A stretch of DNA of 63,901 bases, the filler included, from Octopus bimaculoides (Eukaryota), in assembly GCF_001194135.2 (NCBI RefSeq). It is 5 parts of 5 records of this genome, joined end to end, with 100 filler letters (N's around TTAATTAATTAA, not from the genome) between each part and the next. Parts side by side here need not be neighbours in the genome. Positions count along the whole stretch, not along the records: positions 1 to 20,729 come from NC_068985.1; 4 more parts are not named here. The stretch is one strand, 5' to 3'. Each line of letters opens with the position of its first letter. Position 1 is the first letter of the stretch. Below the pieces are notes generated by a model that had not been told where the DNA came from, did not search any database, and saw only the letters and a list, made by a program, of their open reading frames with translations. Position numbers and translations under genes: made by a program. Of the stretch, positions 1-11,396 are shown piece after piece.

Positions 1-374
1 GTGCTTTTGTAGCTCATTCATTCTTTTCTTCGATATCTCGATATCTTCTGTTGAAAAACCTTCAAATTCAGAATCACTGCTTGATAGCATGAAACTCCTC
101 TCCATCTTCAAAGTTGAAAAAAATTAACGCCTCAAAAAATGTGGAAAAAAATCTTCCAAAATTCACTGAGTTCAAATATCACACCAAACAATGTTGGAGA
201 CAATAACTCAACTATTTGCAAAGTGAAATCAGGTGTTTTAACGAATGTACTAACGAGATTTGGGTTCAAATGTACATTCAAATAACAATGGGTACTCTCG
301 GCTAGCTATGGCCAGGTTGGTTTCATGAATCAAAAAATTTTATGTATTATTTGGAAGAGGACTTTTATGGACTT

Positions 375-985
375 TTTAGTTTTTATGTATTTTCAGATCA
401 TTAAAATGGAATGACAAGTGGACAAAACTGAGCATTTTCAACACCATTTGCCTTTTGCATTTAATCAAGATATTAAGCCCACCAAAGCTGCATGTGAGAT
501 TTGTGCAGTGTATGGATGAGGAGCAATGCCTCAGTGTACACCCTGCTGTTGGTTTCTGTTCCTCAAAAATACAAATTTTGATCTCAAGTACAAATCACAC
601 ACACTGGTCAACCACTTGAGTTCAATGAACGTTGTCCATTGACAGAAGGTTGTTCACCAGTTTTTTTATCACACTCGATCCAATCTGCCAATTCTCTGGT
701 CGTTTGATGTGGATTTTTGTGGAGATGTTGATTCAACCACTCTTCATCAAACTCAGTTGGTTGACTGGTGTGTGAGCCATTATTAATCTCAAAAATTCCC
801 ATTTTTGAAGCGCATAAACCAACGGTGGGCAGTACTTTGAGCTATTGCTCCTTCTCCATACATAGCACAAATCTCACAAGCAGCTTCGGTGGCCTTAACA
901 CCTCAATTAAATGCAGAAAGCAAATGGTGTCATTTTAATGATCTGAAAATACACAAAACTCAATAAAATTAAAAAATCAAAACAC
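375..985. mobile_element. Fold-back (palindromic) mariner/Tc1-derived non-autonomous element
   Basis: The + arm (~375-640) encodes a decayed mariner N-terminal HTH region (HFQHHLPFAFNQDIKPTKAACEICAVYG). The - arm (~640-985) is an inverted copy of the same region (ORF 608-802 ...EFDEEWLNQHLHKNPHQTTRELAD). Both arms share 'tattttcagatcattaaaatg'. Confidence 0.75.
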
Positions 986-1093
986 ACTATTTTGTAGAGC
1001 AAAAAATTCTCTTTCAGAAAATATAACAGATTTATGAAAGCATCTTATTTCTGCATGCATTTTTCAATTTGAAAAAAAAAATAAAAAAAACGT

Positions 1094-1235
1094 TCATGAA
1101 TCATTCGTCAAGCCAATACATTGTTGGAAGTGTTGCCTGTGGTTAGGCTGCGGTCCAATTTTAGACAACATGAAGAGATTATCTGTTGAATTAATCCCAA
1201 CACTGACATGAATTGAAGTAGAGGAAGGACAAACT
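1094..1235 (-). CDS. Putative terminal coding exon X, copy A (unknown protein)
   Basis: Acceptor ttttattcag|; phase-2 frame VCPSSTSIHVSVGINSTDNLFMLSKIGPQPNHRQHFQQCIGLTNDS*; paralogous to 12023-12125 and 18753-18855, with several synonymous differences. Confidence 0.55.
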
Positions 1236-1959
1236 CTGAATAAAAATTTAAAAAAACACCACCTGCACTGGATTTGATCCTATGACTTAAGAGTATGCAA
1301 TCCAATATTTTATTCCCACAACCATAGCATTTCTGCAGGTGTATATACTTTGGCAGTTTATAATTAAATAATACCAGATTTAGTAACAAATTAGTTACTT
1401 TTAGCTCTGTTTTAATCGTTTAGCCCTAGGTCAGTCCTCCTCCAGTAGACCTATTATCCCAGAAGAACGTTTCTTATGACTAAACCCAAAAAGGACACTT
1501 TTGCNNNNNNNNNNNNNNNNNNNNNNNNNNNNNNNNNNNNNNNNNNNNNNNNNNNNNNNNNNNNNNNNNNNNNNNNNNNNNNNNNNNNNNNNNNNNNNNN
1601 NNNNNNNNTCCAATTTTAGACAACATGAAGAGATTATCTGTTGAATTAATCCCAACACTGACATGAATTGAAGTAGAGGAAGGACAAACTCTGAATAAAA
1701 ATTTAAAAAAACACCACCTGCACTGGATTTGATCCTATGACTTAAGAGTATGCAATCCAATATTTTATTCCCACAACCATAGCATTTCTGCAGGTGTATA
1801 TACTTTGGCAGTTTATAATTAAATAATACCAGATTTAGTAACAAATTAGTTACTTTTAGCTCTGTTTTAATCGTTTAGCCCTAGGTCAGTCCTCCTCCAG
1901 TAGACCTATTATCCCAGAAGAACGTTTCTTATGACTAAACCCAAAAAGGACACTTTTGC
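1154..1959. other. Identical 351-bp duplication flanking an N gap (probable assembly overlap artefact)
   Basis: 1154-1504 is repeated base for base at 1609-1959, with the gap exactly between the two copies. Confidence 0.8.
1323..1332 (-). CDS. Candidate 10-nt micro-exon, copy A
   Basis: ctgcag|AAATGCTATG|gttgtg. AG, length and GT are conserved at 12210-12219 and 18944-18953, but the donor is weak and the phase is unresolved. Confidence 0.3.
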
Positions 1960-2047
1960 AGGGCCTCCATCACTGGTAGGAAAAAGGGGGGATGAAACCA
2001 TCGATTGTTTGGTATCATCAGACCATTTATCTCAAGTGAATGCTTAC

Positions 2048-2063
2048 TACAGGAGGAATTCCA
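2048..2063 (-). CDS. Putative 16-nt micro-exon, copy A
   Basis: gcattcag|TGGAATTCCTCCTGTA|gtaagc; identical at 12480-12495 while flanking bases differ; phase 2->0 reads GIPPV. Confidence 0.5.
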
Positions 2064-2806
2064 CTGAATGCACCAAAGGTACAGCTGATGGTATTAGAAT
2101 GGTCAAGGGATAAAATCTAACACCAAAGAATAAGTAAAGTCCATGCAAAAGAGCTTGCTGCTACCAAATTTCATACACAACATTTGGCTTAACCACAGGT
2201 TAGGGGTTGAGTATTGAGATTGAACCTGAAATCACACAATTCCTAAGTAAACTTTTTAAAGCATATCAATGCTTGTGCCTGCTTTGTGGGTGTGAAAGTG
2301 GATGGCTGTATTTTAAATAGAAGTGGCCGTGGATGGCTGGCAAAGATATTTAATTTGAAGCTATATGGTTCCTGATTCAATCCCAATGCACATCAACTTG
2401 GGCAAGTGTTTTCTACCACAGTAATTGTTTGACCAATTTCTTGTGAATAAAATTTGGTAGATGGAAACTGTGTAGAAGACCAGCTGTTGCATGTACATTG
2501 AAGCCTCCCTCTGTCTACAGCACAATGTTATCTAAGGAAAAGACAAAGGCCAATACAGTTTCACAGTATGGCTGTGAGAAGGGAAAGGGCAGGATGAGAT
2601 ATCACAAGGCATCCAATCAAGTGTTTTAGCAATCCTGGACTGCTATTATTATTATTACCAAATTCAAAAAGGGAAAGGTACAATTAACTGCATTGATATT
2701 TGAACTCAGAATGTAGACAACCAAGACAAATATCGCTAAGCCTTCTACATGATGCTCTTATCACTCTGCCAATATACTGCACAGTAAATAAATCATATCA
2801 ACTAAC

Positions 2807-2840
2807 CTTAAAGTCGAAAAAGTATTTTGTTGCATATCTC
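2807..2840 (-). CDS. 34-nt exon Y1, copy A (RYATKYFFDFK)
   Basis: tttcttttgcag|G AGA TAT GCA ACA AAA TAC TTT TTC GAC TTT AAG|gttagt; same length and frame as copy B at 13637-13670. Confidence 0.7.
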
Positions 2841-3282
2841 CTGCAAAAGAAACAAATATTTTCATCACATCATCACAATCACCATCATTACTTCTGCATC
2901 AACTCACAAAAAGAACCATTACAGAAATGTCATTTTGTGTTTGTACATTTTATTATTTTAATCTAAATCTAGAATTCATTTCAATAGGTTTACTCTCTGA
3001 ATATCACCAGCTGTCATATTTATGGATGTTATGGATGTCTGTAGAGGATCAAACCTTCATCGATCATTAATCTTGAGAGAATGCTGAAGATTTTTGCAGT
3101 TTTCTCAAAAATGTATTTGAATGAGTTTTTTTATGGAACTAGATAGGTTAATAGTATTATTTTCTCTTCTTATTTTTATTATGCAAACTTTCTTTTCAGA
3201 TGCATATTGTTGTTGTCCCCCATTCCAGGGTCTCATGGGATTACACCTTCCACACCCTCAAAGTCAGCACACCTAATGTTTG

Positions 3283-3855
3283 AAGTGTCACACCCTAACA
3301 GTGGAAGGAATCTGTGAAGAGATAAACTCAGAAAGACCTGGGATGAAGTGGTGAACACAGCCTTCAAATGTTGGGCCACACAGAGGCAATGACAAACAAC
3401 CGAGACCTTTGGAGATATGCTCTGCTTGAAAAGACCCAGCAAGCCAAGTGAGATCATAGCTGTGGCATAAGCCGGTGTCGCATAACCAGCCCATTTAAGT
3501 GTACCCTTCAAGTATTGGGCAATATTCCGCGCTTAAGAAGATATGTTGAGTGAAGTGAAATTGTTGTTGTGGCTGATGCCAGCACCGCCTGATAGGCACC
3601 TGTGCTGGTGGCACATAACAAGCACCATTTCAGCGTGGTTGATGCCAGTGCTGTCGGACTGGTTCCCATACTGGTGGCACATAAAAAGCATCCACTACAC
3701 TCTCAGAGTGGTTGGCATTAGGAAGGGCATCCAGCTGTAGAAATATTACCAGATCAGATTGGAACCTGATGCAGTCTTCTGGCTAGCCAGTTTTCAGTCA
3801 AACCATCAAATCCATGCCAGCATAGAGAGCAGACATTAAATGATGATGATAATAA
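3283..3855 (+). mobile_element. RTE-clade LINE 3' fragment (decayed)
   Basis: C-terminal ORF remnant (TLTVEGI...RKTWDEVV), the shared 3' UTR (gtggttggcattaggaagggcatccagctgt) and an (ATG)n tail. Confidence 0.8.
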
Positions 3856-4084
3856 TGATTCACATTGTGCATGAATGTTTTATATTCAGAATCAATGTTC
3901 TTGATAATTGGTCACAACCACTTTACTCAGATGTCAAGAACCTTTCTTACAATCCTTGCTCTTCCCAATACAGAAGATTTCAGAATTGATGCAATTCTTG
4001 TAGTTACACAAAACTCAATAAAAGACAACTAAGATTATTAATTGTTCTAAGTTGATATCTTTATTGTTCCTTAAATTTGTCCTA

Positions 4085-4936
4085 CCTTGCTTCTCCTTGC
4101 CTGGCTGACTGGGGTAGCCAAGTACCCCCTCTATAATAAGACAACTATCTCTGCCTCTCTGTCATACACTAACCTCTTGACAGGCTCACAGCCATATCCC
4201 TCGATTCCTCCCCTTCTCTCAACCAGGAGCCCTTTGTCTTGCAAGTCACTTGGCAACTCCACAGGTGCTGGTGCCACGTGACAGCACCTGTGCCACTGCC
4301 ATGCAGGAAGTTCCCATGCTACTGCCACATAAAATGCGCTGAGTACACTCTGTAAAGTAGTTGGCATTAAGAAGGGCTTCCAGCAGCAGTGACCATGCCA
4401 AAACAAACAACTGGAGCCCGCTGTGGCCCTCCAGCTTGCCAGTTCCTATCAAACTATCCAATCCATGCCATTAAATGATGATGGTGATACATGATAATGA
4501 TGGTGGTGGTGTAAAAGGTCTTTACTTTTTATAATGGAATCAGGGCAAAATGAAGACAGACCAGGTTGAGATGACAATCATGTTAACTGACAGATCTTGC
4601 AGATCTAAACAGGATTATTATATATAATGGTAAATATCTTTACATGACTTTGTAGCACAGAAGATTTTAAAGATATAATTTCTTATACATTATTCGTTAT
4701 TTGTATCAAATTTAAGATTTGATTTGAATTTCAGCTTTATAAAAATGAGAAACTTTCATGAAAAAGCAATCAAGATTGGCAGATGATTTTATCCAAAGTT
4801 TGATGTCATCATCATCAACATCATTATCATCATTTAAAATCTGTTTACCATGTTAGCATAGGTTGGACTGTTTGACTGGAGGTGGCAAGGTGGAGAGCTG
4901 CAACAGGCTCCAGTCCTCTGTTTTGGCAAGGTTTCT
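4085..4936. mobile_element. RTE-clade 3' UTR fragments (+ copy ~4085-4500, - copy ~4805-4936)
   Basis: Same 3' UTR motif and (ATG/CAT)n tails as the copy at 9130-9780. Confidence 0.65.
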
Positions 4937-5184
4937 NNNNNNNNNNNNNNNNNNNNNNNNNNNNNNNNNNNNNNNNNNNNNNNNNNNNNNNNNNNNNNNN
5001 NNNNNNNNNNNNNNNNNNNNNNNNNNNNNNNNNNNNNNNNNNNNNNNNNNNNNNNNNNNNNNNNNNNNNNNNNNNNNNNNNNNNNNNNNNNNNNNNNNNN
5101 NNNNNNNNNNNNNNNNNNNNNNNNNNNNNNNNNNNNNNNNNNNNNNNNNNNNNNNNNNNNNNNNNNNNNNNNNNNNNNNNNNNN

Positions 5185-5212
5185 GTGTATGGAATAGGCT
5201 TGAGCCTTTTGT
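5185..5212 (-). CDS. Putative terminal exon, copy A (TKGSSLFHT..., truncated by gap)
   Basis: Acceptor ttaactgcaag|; identical to the start of the copy B exon 14448-14510; 61-nt upstream intron. Confidence 0.4.
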
Positions 5213-5273
5213 CTTGCAGTTAAGTACATACAAACAAAAATAGTGTATTAAAAGTTGCATAACCAGGACTTAC

Positions 5274-5286
5274 TGAAGTTGAAATA
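5274..5286 (-). CDS. 13-nt micro-exon, copy A (xISTS)
   Basis: atgttcag|TATTTCAACTTCA|gtaagt (consensus donor); phase 2->0 fits the upstream 56-nt exon. Confidence 0.65.
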
Positions 5287-5446
5287 CTGAACATATAGAT
5301 TCCATGTCTCATATCAACAATGTCATGGCTTCTCTTACTATTTCCTACATTTATATTTCCTTATATCGTTATCATATTTATACAACACAATCTCCTCATA
5401 ATTCAAAGAAAAAAAGACTTAAGCAGAATGTTACATAATCACTTAC

Positions 5447-5502
5447 TTGGCTTGTATGCGGTTAAAACCATCAATTGCTTCTTTTTTAAAGTCTTCAAAT
5501 TG
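5447..5502 (-). CDS. 56-nt exon, copy A (QFEDFKKEAIDGFNRIQA)
   Basis: ccttttctag|CAA TTT GAA...GCC AA|gtaagt; open in phase 0->2; the copy B paralog is 65 nt (+9, in frame). Confidence 0.75.
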
Positions 5503-5604
5503 CTAGAAAAGGTTACAAAAGTATTTGCTGTATGTTTATAATGACTGGATATGAAGAGTTGTATTTTGGACTAGTTTCAACTCTTCAATGAAGCAAAACA
5601 TTAC

Positions 5605-5620
5605 CTGACACATAGAAACA
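5605..5620 (-). CDS. 16-nt micro-exon, copy A (xVSMCQ)
   Basis: gttttttgcttaag|TGTTTCTATGTGTCAG|gtaatg; phase 2->0 fits the downstream 56-nt exon. Confidence 0.6.
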
Positions 5621-6104
5621 CTTAAGCAAAAAACAACTGATCTTTTTCTCAGCCCATGCTAACTTCCAGTAAAGAGCTGAAATCATTGACTGATGGGGGA
5701 TATTACCTAACTTGAGAAGTGATGCAGTAAAGGGACGTAACATAATACTACATGGCACTTCATCTTGCACTGTCAACTGATTTTGATATACCTCTCTTAA
5801 AAAGATTCTATGCAGTCACTAAAAGATAGCAGCAAATATCTCCCTTAAATCTTGCAAAAAACTAAAAGGTGTGGCTGTGTGTTAAGTCTATTATATGTAG
5901 CAAGTTTATATTTGAAAGGAGGAATGGGTACTTCTCTTACCAACCACAAACTCTACCTCTGCCCATCAACTGAAAGGTTATTTGTTGTCTTATCAGACAT
6001 GAAAAGAAGGAAAGCTATGATAACCTCAGCATGATTTTGAATACAGAATTTCGTGAAAGGTGTTATGCTGTTATTCAATCAGCTCAGCTACATCTTCATC
6101 AACT

Positions 6105-6552
6105 ATCATCATCATCAGCTTCATTCAATGTCTGTTTTCCATGGTGGCATGGGTTGGACTGTCTGACAGGAGCTGACTAGTCTCCATGTCTACTTTTGCA
6201 TTGTTTCTATAGCTTGATGCCCTTCCCAATGCCAACTACTTTATAGAGTGTATTGGATGCTTTTATGCAGCACCGGCATGGATGTGTATAGGCGGCACTA
6301 GACTGGGTGTATTTTATGTGGCACCAGCTCCCAATGAGTCTCCAAGATTATGAATGCTCAGCTAGGAAAGGATGCTGTGAGTATGCCAGTATGTAAGGAC
6401 AACTACACCTCTGCATAGCTTGACATATCTTGTCAAGCACAGCAAACCACCAGGAGTCCCAGACCCTGTCCTGTCATCCCCTCTGTAAGACCCAACATCT
6501 GAAGAACTCTCACCACTTCATCCCACATCCTCCTGGGTCTACTCCTTCCACT
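6105..6552 (-). mobile_element. RTE-clade LINE 3' fragment inserted in copy A only
   Basis: Encodes GRSRPRRMWDEVVRVLQMLGLTE plus 3' UTR and (CAT)n; the site is empty in copy B (~15818). Confidence 0.75.
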
Positions 6553-6639
6553 TTAAAGTGTTTTAAATAAGTTTTTCAGTAGGGACAGCTTAGTTTCCAT
6601 TTTCATTTGGTAAAGCTGTTTGTTGTTTGACCTCAACAT
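6553..6639 (-). CDS. Putative exon 'MLR', copy A
   Basis: Strong acceptor tttgttttttccttcag|. Phase 0 gives MLRSNNKQLYQMKMETKLSLLKNLFKTL*; phase 1 gives DVEVKQQTALPNENGN*. Frame unresolved. Confidence 0.45.
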   Translation of the reverse strand: MLRSNNKQLYQMKMETKLSLLKNLFKTL

Positions 6640-7275
6640 CTGAAGGAAAAAACAAATGGATGGAGAGGAAACTGTTGATTTGATCCAAATGCATGAAAGT
6701 GAGAGAATTGATGCTAAAGGCACCCAATAAGCAAATGGTGGTGTTAAACTGGGTGGCATGTAAACCCTGTACCCAGTTTCCTGATAAAGCAAAGGAGTTT
6801 GATGAAAACCAAACAGCTGGTCATCTTATGTCCATATGAATGAAAATAACAACCTGTAGATTGGAAATCATCATCATCACCATCATCATAGTTTTAATAT
6901 TCACATTATATAGCCTTCATGGGTCTGGCAGAATTCATTCACGTAGATGTTTTTTTACAGTGTAAGCATTTAATGTGTTTCCTTGGTGTTTAGACTCACA
7001 GGGAAAGACAATTGGAGCTAAACAACAATAACTGTAATAGTAACAACAATAACCACAAACATCACAGTCAATGCTTCTACTGCTACTGCTGCTGCTGCTA
7101 CTCCAACTATTTTAAAAAAGGAAGACCCCCAACAATTCACCTTAACAGCAAAACAATGCTATCTCTAAAAATGACTGTTAAGGGCTCTGGTTTGAGATAA
7201 AACAGATGAGAGATAAGAAGCCTGTGGTCAGGATGCTTGTCTGTTTCAGCTCACATTAACAGAGGATCTACTAAC

Positions 7276-7288
7276 TTATTTCCAACAA
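7276..7288 (-). CDS. Candidate 13-nt micro-exon, copy A (LLEI)
   Basis: tgtgtag|TTGTTGGAAATAA|gttagt; copy B differs by a synonymous TTG/CTG; only 55 nt from the upstream donor. Confidence 0.35.
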
Positions 7289-7343
7289 CTACACAAACTC
7301 AATATGCTGCCTCATAATAAATAAATAAATAAGAAGAACTCAC

Positions 7344-7377
7344 TGTCGTATATCCACAATGTTTTCTTGCTAGATTT
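7344..7377 (-). CDS. 34-nt exon, copy A (NLARKHCGYTT)
   Basis: atttcttttgcag|...ACG ACA|gtgagt; same 34-nt, phase 2->0 architecture as exon Y1. Confidence 0.65.
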
Positions 7378-7409
7378 CTGCAAAAGAAATAAAGGGACAC
7401 ATATCATCA

Positions 7410-7850
7410 TATAAGCTGGAGACTGATTTTAGATTGGCCAATAAAGTATTCTGGCAGAATATCTTCACACTTCGTAACAAGCCCTCTTCCATCCCTGCCA
7501 GAAAGAACTCACCTGGAATTCCTCTCTGTAAAAAGCAGAGCATTCTTTGGGGTGGAAGAGAATACTTTAAGGATCTATTCAATTTGATCAGGATAAGATC
7601 TTCTGGGTGACATGAGGTGCATCTAGGACTAAAGACTAACCTCACAGAGGCTAAAGTCGCAGAGGTGATTAAAGCACTCAAGTGTGGCAAGGCAGCTGAA
7701 GTGGATGAAATGTTAAGAAAATTAAAAGGAGAAGGTATTCTCTGGTTGATTTGTTTATAGCATGGACTTCTGAAAGGACACCAAAACAATGGCAGTCTGG
7801 GGTGATGATCCCAATTTTGAAAAAGGGAAGGAAAACTGAAGGAAACAAAT
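7410..7850 (+). mobile_element. Decayed RTE-clade LINE internal fragment (region upstream of and at the start of RT)
   Basis: Broken frame ...EYFKDLFN...EVIKALKCGKAAEVDEML... and ...PKQWQSGVMIPILKKG, typical of non-LTR RT domain 0/1. Confidence 0.75.
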
Positions 7851-8039
7851 GTTTGGACTAGGAATTCCTTGATTTGTATATGTGTTATTCCTTGTTTCTG
7901 TTCTGGGTTGATATAAAAACTATAAAAGTTACATGACAAGGACTTCTTGAATTTGAAATACTGAATATAAATATAAATTCTTTCTCAAATCAACATTGTC
8001 ATGGATACTTTTGCTATTTTCTACCATCCACCACCACCA

Positions 8040-8660
8040 TCACTTAGCATCCATTGTCCACAGTGGCATGGGTTGGATGCTTTGACCAGAGATGGTAAGG
8101 TGAGGGACTGTACCAAGCTCTAGTCTGATTTGGTATTATTTCTACGTTTGGATGCCCTTCCTAACACCAACCACTCCAAGAATGTAATGGGTACCTTTAT
8201 GTGCCACCTGCAGGAGTGCCAGTTCTATGGCACTAGTATCTGCCACAACTACAATGTCACTTGGCCTCATGGGTCTTCTTCTCAAGCACAACATATTATC
8301 AAATGTTGCAGTCATAGTTCATTGCCTCCATGAGGCCTGATGCTCAACATTATCATGATGATGATGATGATCATCATCATCATTTAACGTCTGCTTTCCA
8401 TGTTGGAATGAGAGAGACAGTTTGACAGGAGCTGGTCAGGCAGACTTCTGTCTGTGTTAGCAGGGTTTTTACAGCTGGATGCCCTTTCTAACACTATCCA
8501 CCCAGTGGAATGGATTGAGTGATCTTTGCATGGCCAGTTTTGACAAGATTTTTACAGATGGATGCCCTTCCAAATGCCAACCACTTTACAGTATAAACTG
8601 AATGCTTTTTAAGTGGCACCTGCACTGACAGGGTCACCAAGTAACTTGCAAGAAAAAATC
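8040..8660 (-). mobile_element. Stacked RTE-clade 3' UTR fragments
   Basis: Repeated 'ttccatg..catgggttgga...ggatgcccttcctaa..ccaaccac' after (CAT/CAC)n runs. Confidence 0.65.
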
Positions 8661-9129
8661 TTTTGGGAGGGGAGGGAGCATTGCAGGAGGTGATCTAAGA
8701 TGATGAACTGTTATAGTGAGCCAGAGGAGGTACAAGATTACGTGGCCAGAGGGAGGAGGGAAAGATCAGGAATGAGGACAGAAACAGGTGTGTTGCCATG
8801 AAGGAGATACATGGTTACCAAACCTGAGGGAAGAGCAGGAGAATGAGAAAGACGGAGGGAAATAATGAGAGAAACGGTGGTGAAGAGCTGGACAAACTAA
8901 CAAGGGATGGAGATAAGAATGTAAAGGGGAAGGTCAAGGGCTAGAGGGTAGCAATGATACAGTGAGGAAGGAGGAAATGTGAAGAAGCGAAGAGATGTAG
9001 TTTGGTTTGTTGGGTTAGGGCAAGGGTCACCAAACTTCTATCATGGCAAGCCAGGTAACTGAGAGAATGATGAGGGCAGACTGTATAAACATTTTGTTTA
9101 ATACAATACAGTGAATACACAAAAAATAA

Positions 9130-9985
9130 AGACGACCAACATATTTATCAACAGTTGTGGCGTGCAAGAGAGACGATTGCGCTGGTATGGACATGTGGTG
9201 AGAATGGAGGAGGATAGCTGTGTGAAAAAGTGCCACACCCTAACAGTTGAGGGAACCCGTGGAAGAGGTAGGCCCAGGAAGACCTGGGCTGAGGTGGTGA
9301 GGCAAGACCTTCGTACATTGGGCCTCACCGAGGCGATGACTACTGACCGAGACCTTTGGAAATGTGCTGTGCGTGAGAAGACCCGGCAAGCCAAGTAAGA
9401 TCGTTGCCAGTGCCCCTGGACTGGTTCTTGTGCGGGTGGCACATGAGATGCACCATTTTGAGCGTGGCCGTTGCCAGTACCGCCTGACTGGCTCCTGTAG
9501 GATTTTCGAGCGAGATCGTTGCCAGTGNNNNNNNNNNNGCGGGTGGCACATAAAAGACACCATTTCGAGCGTGGCCGTTTTCGTGCGGGTGACACGTAAA
9601 AGCACCCACTACACTCTCTGAGTGGTTGGCGTTAGGAAGGGCATCCAGCTGTAGAAACTCTGCCAAATCAGACTGGAGCCTGGTGTTGCCATCCGGTTTC
9701 ACCAGTCCTCAGTCAAATCGTCCAACCCATGCTAGCATGGAAAGCGGACGTTAAACGATGATGATGATGATGATGATGAAAGCAACATTAGCAATAAGGC
9801 CAGTGGCACGTAAAAAGCACCCACTACACTCTCAGAGTGGTTGGCATTAGGAAGGGCATCCAGCTGTAGAAACTCTGCCAAATCAGATTGGAGCCTGGTG
9901 CAGCCATCTGGTTCGCCAGTCCTCAGTCAAATCGTTCAACCCATGCCAGCATGAAAAGCGGACGTTAAATGGTGATGATGATAAT
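9130..9985 (+). mobile_element. Young RTE-clade LINE 3' end plus a second 3' UTR copy
   Basis: Intact C-terminus VQERRLRWYGHVVRMEEDSCVKKCHTLTVEGTRGRGRPRKTWAEVVRQDLRTLGLTEAMTTDRDLWKCAVREK*, CpG-retaining 3' UTR, (GAT)n tail at ~9755-9780. Confidence 0.9.
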
Positions 9986-10149
9986 GATAATTATATCACA
10001 CCTAGTGCGCATAAATCCCAATTTCACAAACTAAGCAGCAAAAATAGTTCATGAAATTTGTGAAACTGGTGTTTAGCTTTTAAGATATCATCAATTTTTG
10101 CTTTACAGTTGTTGCATCCAACCAAGAGAATTGCTTTCAAATGTTCATC

Positions 10150-10615
10150 AGTCAACCTCATTCAATGTGCTGACTTCACATACTTCATTTTTGGAAATGT
10201 TTGCTCACAGACATAAGTTGTCCCAAACACTGGTGCCATACCAGAGGCAAATGAACTCTCATTGCAGGGGCTTACACAAAAGATACAGTGTAGCAACGTC
10301 TTCTTGAGTCTCCTTCTTCTGCAGGTACCATCCACTTTCAGACATTGGCACTTCTTTATGCAACTGTCCTCTTGCATTCATATGCCTCACATGTCCAGAC
10401 CAATGTGGTCTTCTCTCTTTCATACTACATTTGATTCCTCTTATGTCCAACTTTTCCCTCAATACATTTGCACGTTGTTCTACATGCACACTGATGATGC
10501 ACAACCACAAAAGCATAATGCCTTCATTTCTCTCCAATCTACACATGTCTTTTGCATTCTGAGCCCATGTCTCAATACCATGGAGTATAACCATTCACAG
10601 TCTTATGAATAGAGG
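10150..10615 (-). mobile_element. Decayed RTE-clade LINE C-terminal fragment
   Basis: LHGIETWA..KDMCRLERNEGIMLLWLC...LREKLDIRGIKC..ERRPHWSGHVRHM. Confidence 0.85.
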
Positions 10616-10659
10616 TAGAACTCTGAACTTCCTCCATCTGATCCTTATTCTAGAATAGT

Positions 10660-10860
10660 TCAAAACTTTGGCACAAGGCCAGCAACTTCAGAGAGGGCTA
10701 ATTCAATTAAATTGAACCCACTGCTCAATTTTTACTTATTCTATCAAATGTGTAAGGATGAAAGGCAAAGTCAACCTGAGCTGAAATTTGAACTCACAAT
10801 GTAAAGATGGATGAAATGCCACTAAGCATTATGCCTGCTGTGATAACGATTCTGCCAGCT
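10660..10860 (-). mobile_element. tRNA-derived SINE family S1 (CpG-decayed), shared with copy B at 16785-16960
   Basis: Core 'aaggatgaaaggcaaagtcaacc...tttgaactc'; same insertion at the orthologous position in both units. Confidence 0.75.
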
Positions 10861-10879
10861 CACAAGCTTATATATATAT

Positions 10880-11025
10880 ATCATCATCATCGTTTAGCGT
10901 CCGCTTTCCATGCTAGCATGGGTTGGACGATTTGACTGAGGACTGGTGAAACCGGATGGCAACACCAGGCTCCAGTCTGATTTGGCAGAGTTTCTACAGC
11001 TGGATGCCCTTCCTAACGCCAACCA

Positions 11026-11028
<3 letters not shown>
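10880..11028 (-). mobile_element. Young RTE-clade 3' UTR, truncated by (TA)n and a gap
   Basis: Near-identical reverse complement of 9620-9770. Confidence 0.85.
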
Positions 11029-11063
<35 letters not shown>

Positions 11064-11396
11064 NNNNNNNNNNNNNNNNNNNNNNNNNNNNNNNNNNNNN
11101 NNNNNNNNNNNNNNNNNNNNNNNNNNNNNNNNNNNNNNNNNNNNNNNNNNNNNNNNNNNNNNNNNNNNNNNNNNNNNNNNNNNNNNNNNNNNNNNNNNNN
11201 NNNNNNNNNNNNNNNNNNNNNNNNNNNNNNNNNNNNNNNNNNNNNNNNNNNNNNNNNNNNNNNNNNNNNNNNNNNNNNNNNNNNNNNNNNNNNNNNNNNN
11301 NNNNNNNNNNNNNNNNNNNNNNNNNNNNNNNNNNNNNNNNNNNNNNNNNNNNNNNNNNNNNNNNNNNNNNNNNNNNNNNNNNNNNNNNNNNNNNNN

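Noticed and set aside
1154-1959. Apparent extra tandem copy of exon X and the 10-nt exon
   Set aside because: 100% identical and separated exactly by a gap, so most likely an unmerged contig overlap.
9405-9605. Short tandem sub-repeats (gccagt...cgggtggcac) resembling a repeat-spacer array
   Set aside because: Internal repeats of the RTE 3' UTR, also present in decayed copies; eukaryotic context, not CRISPR.
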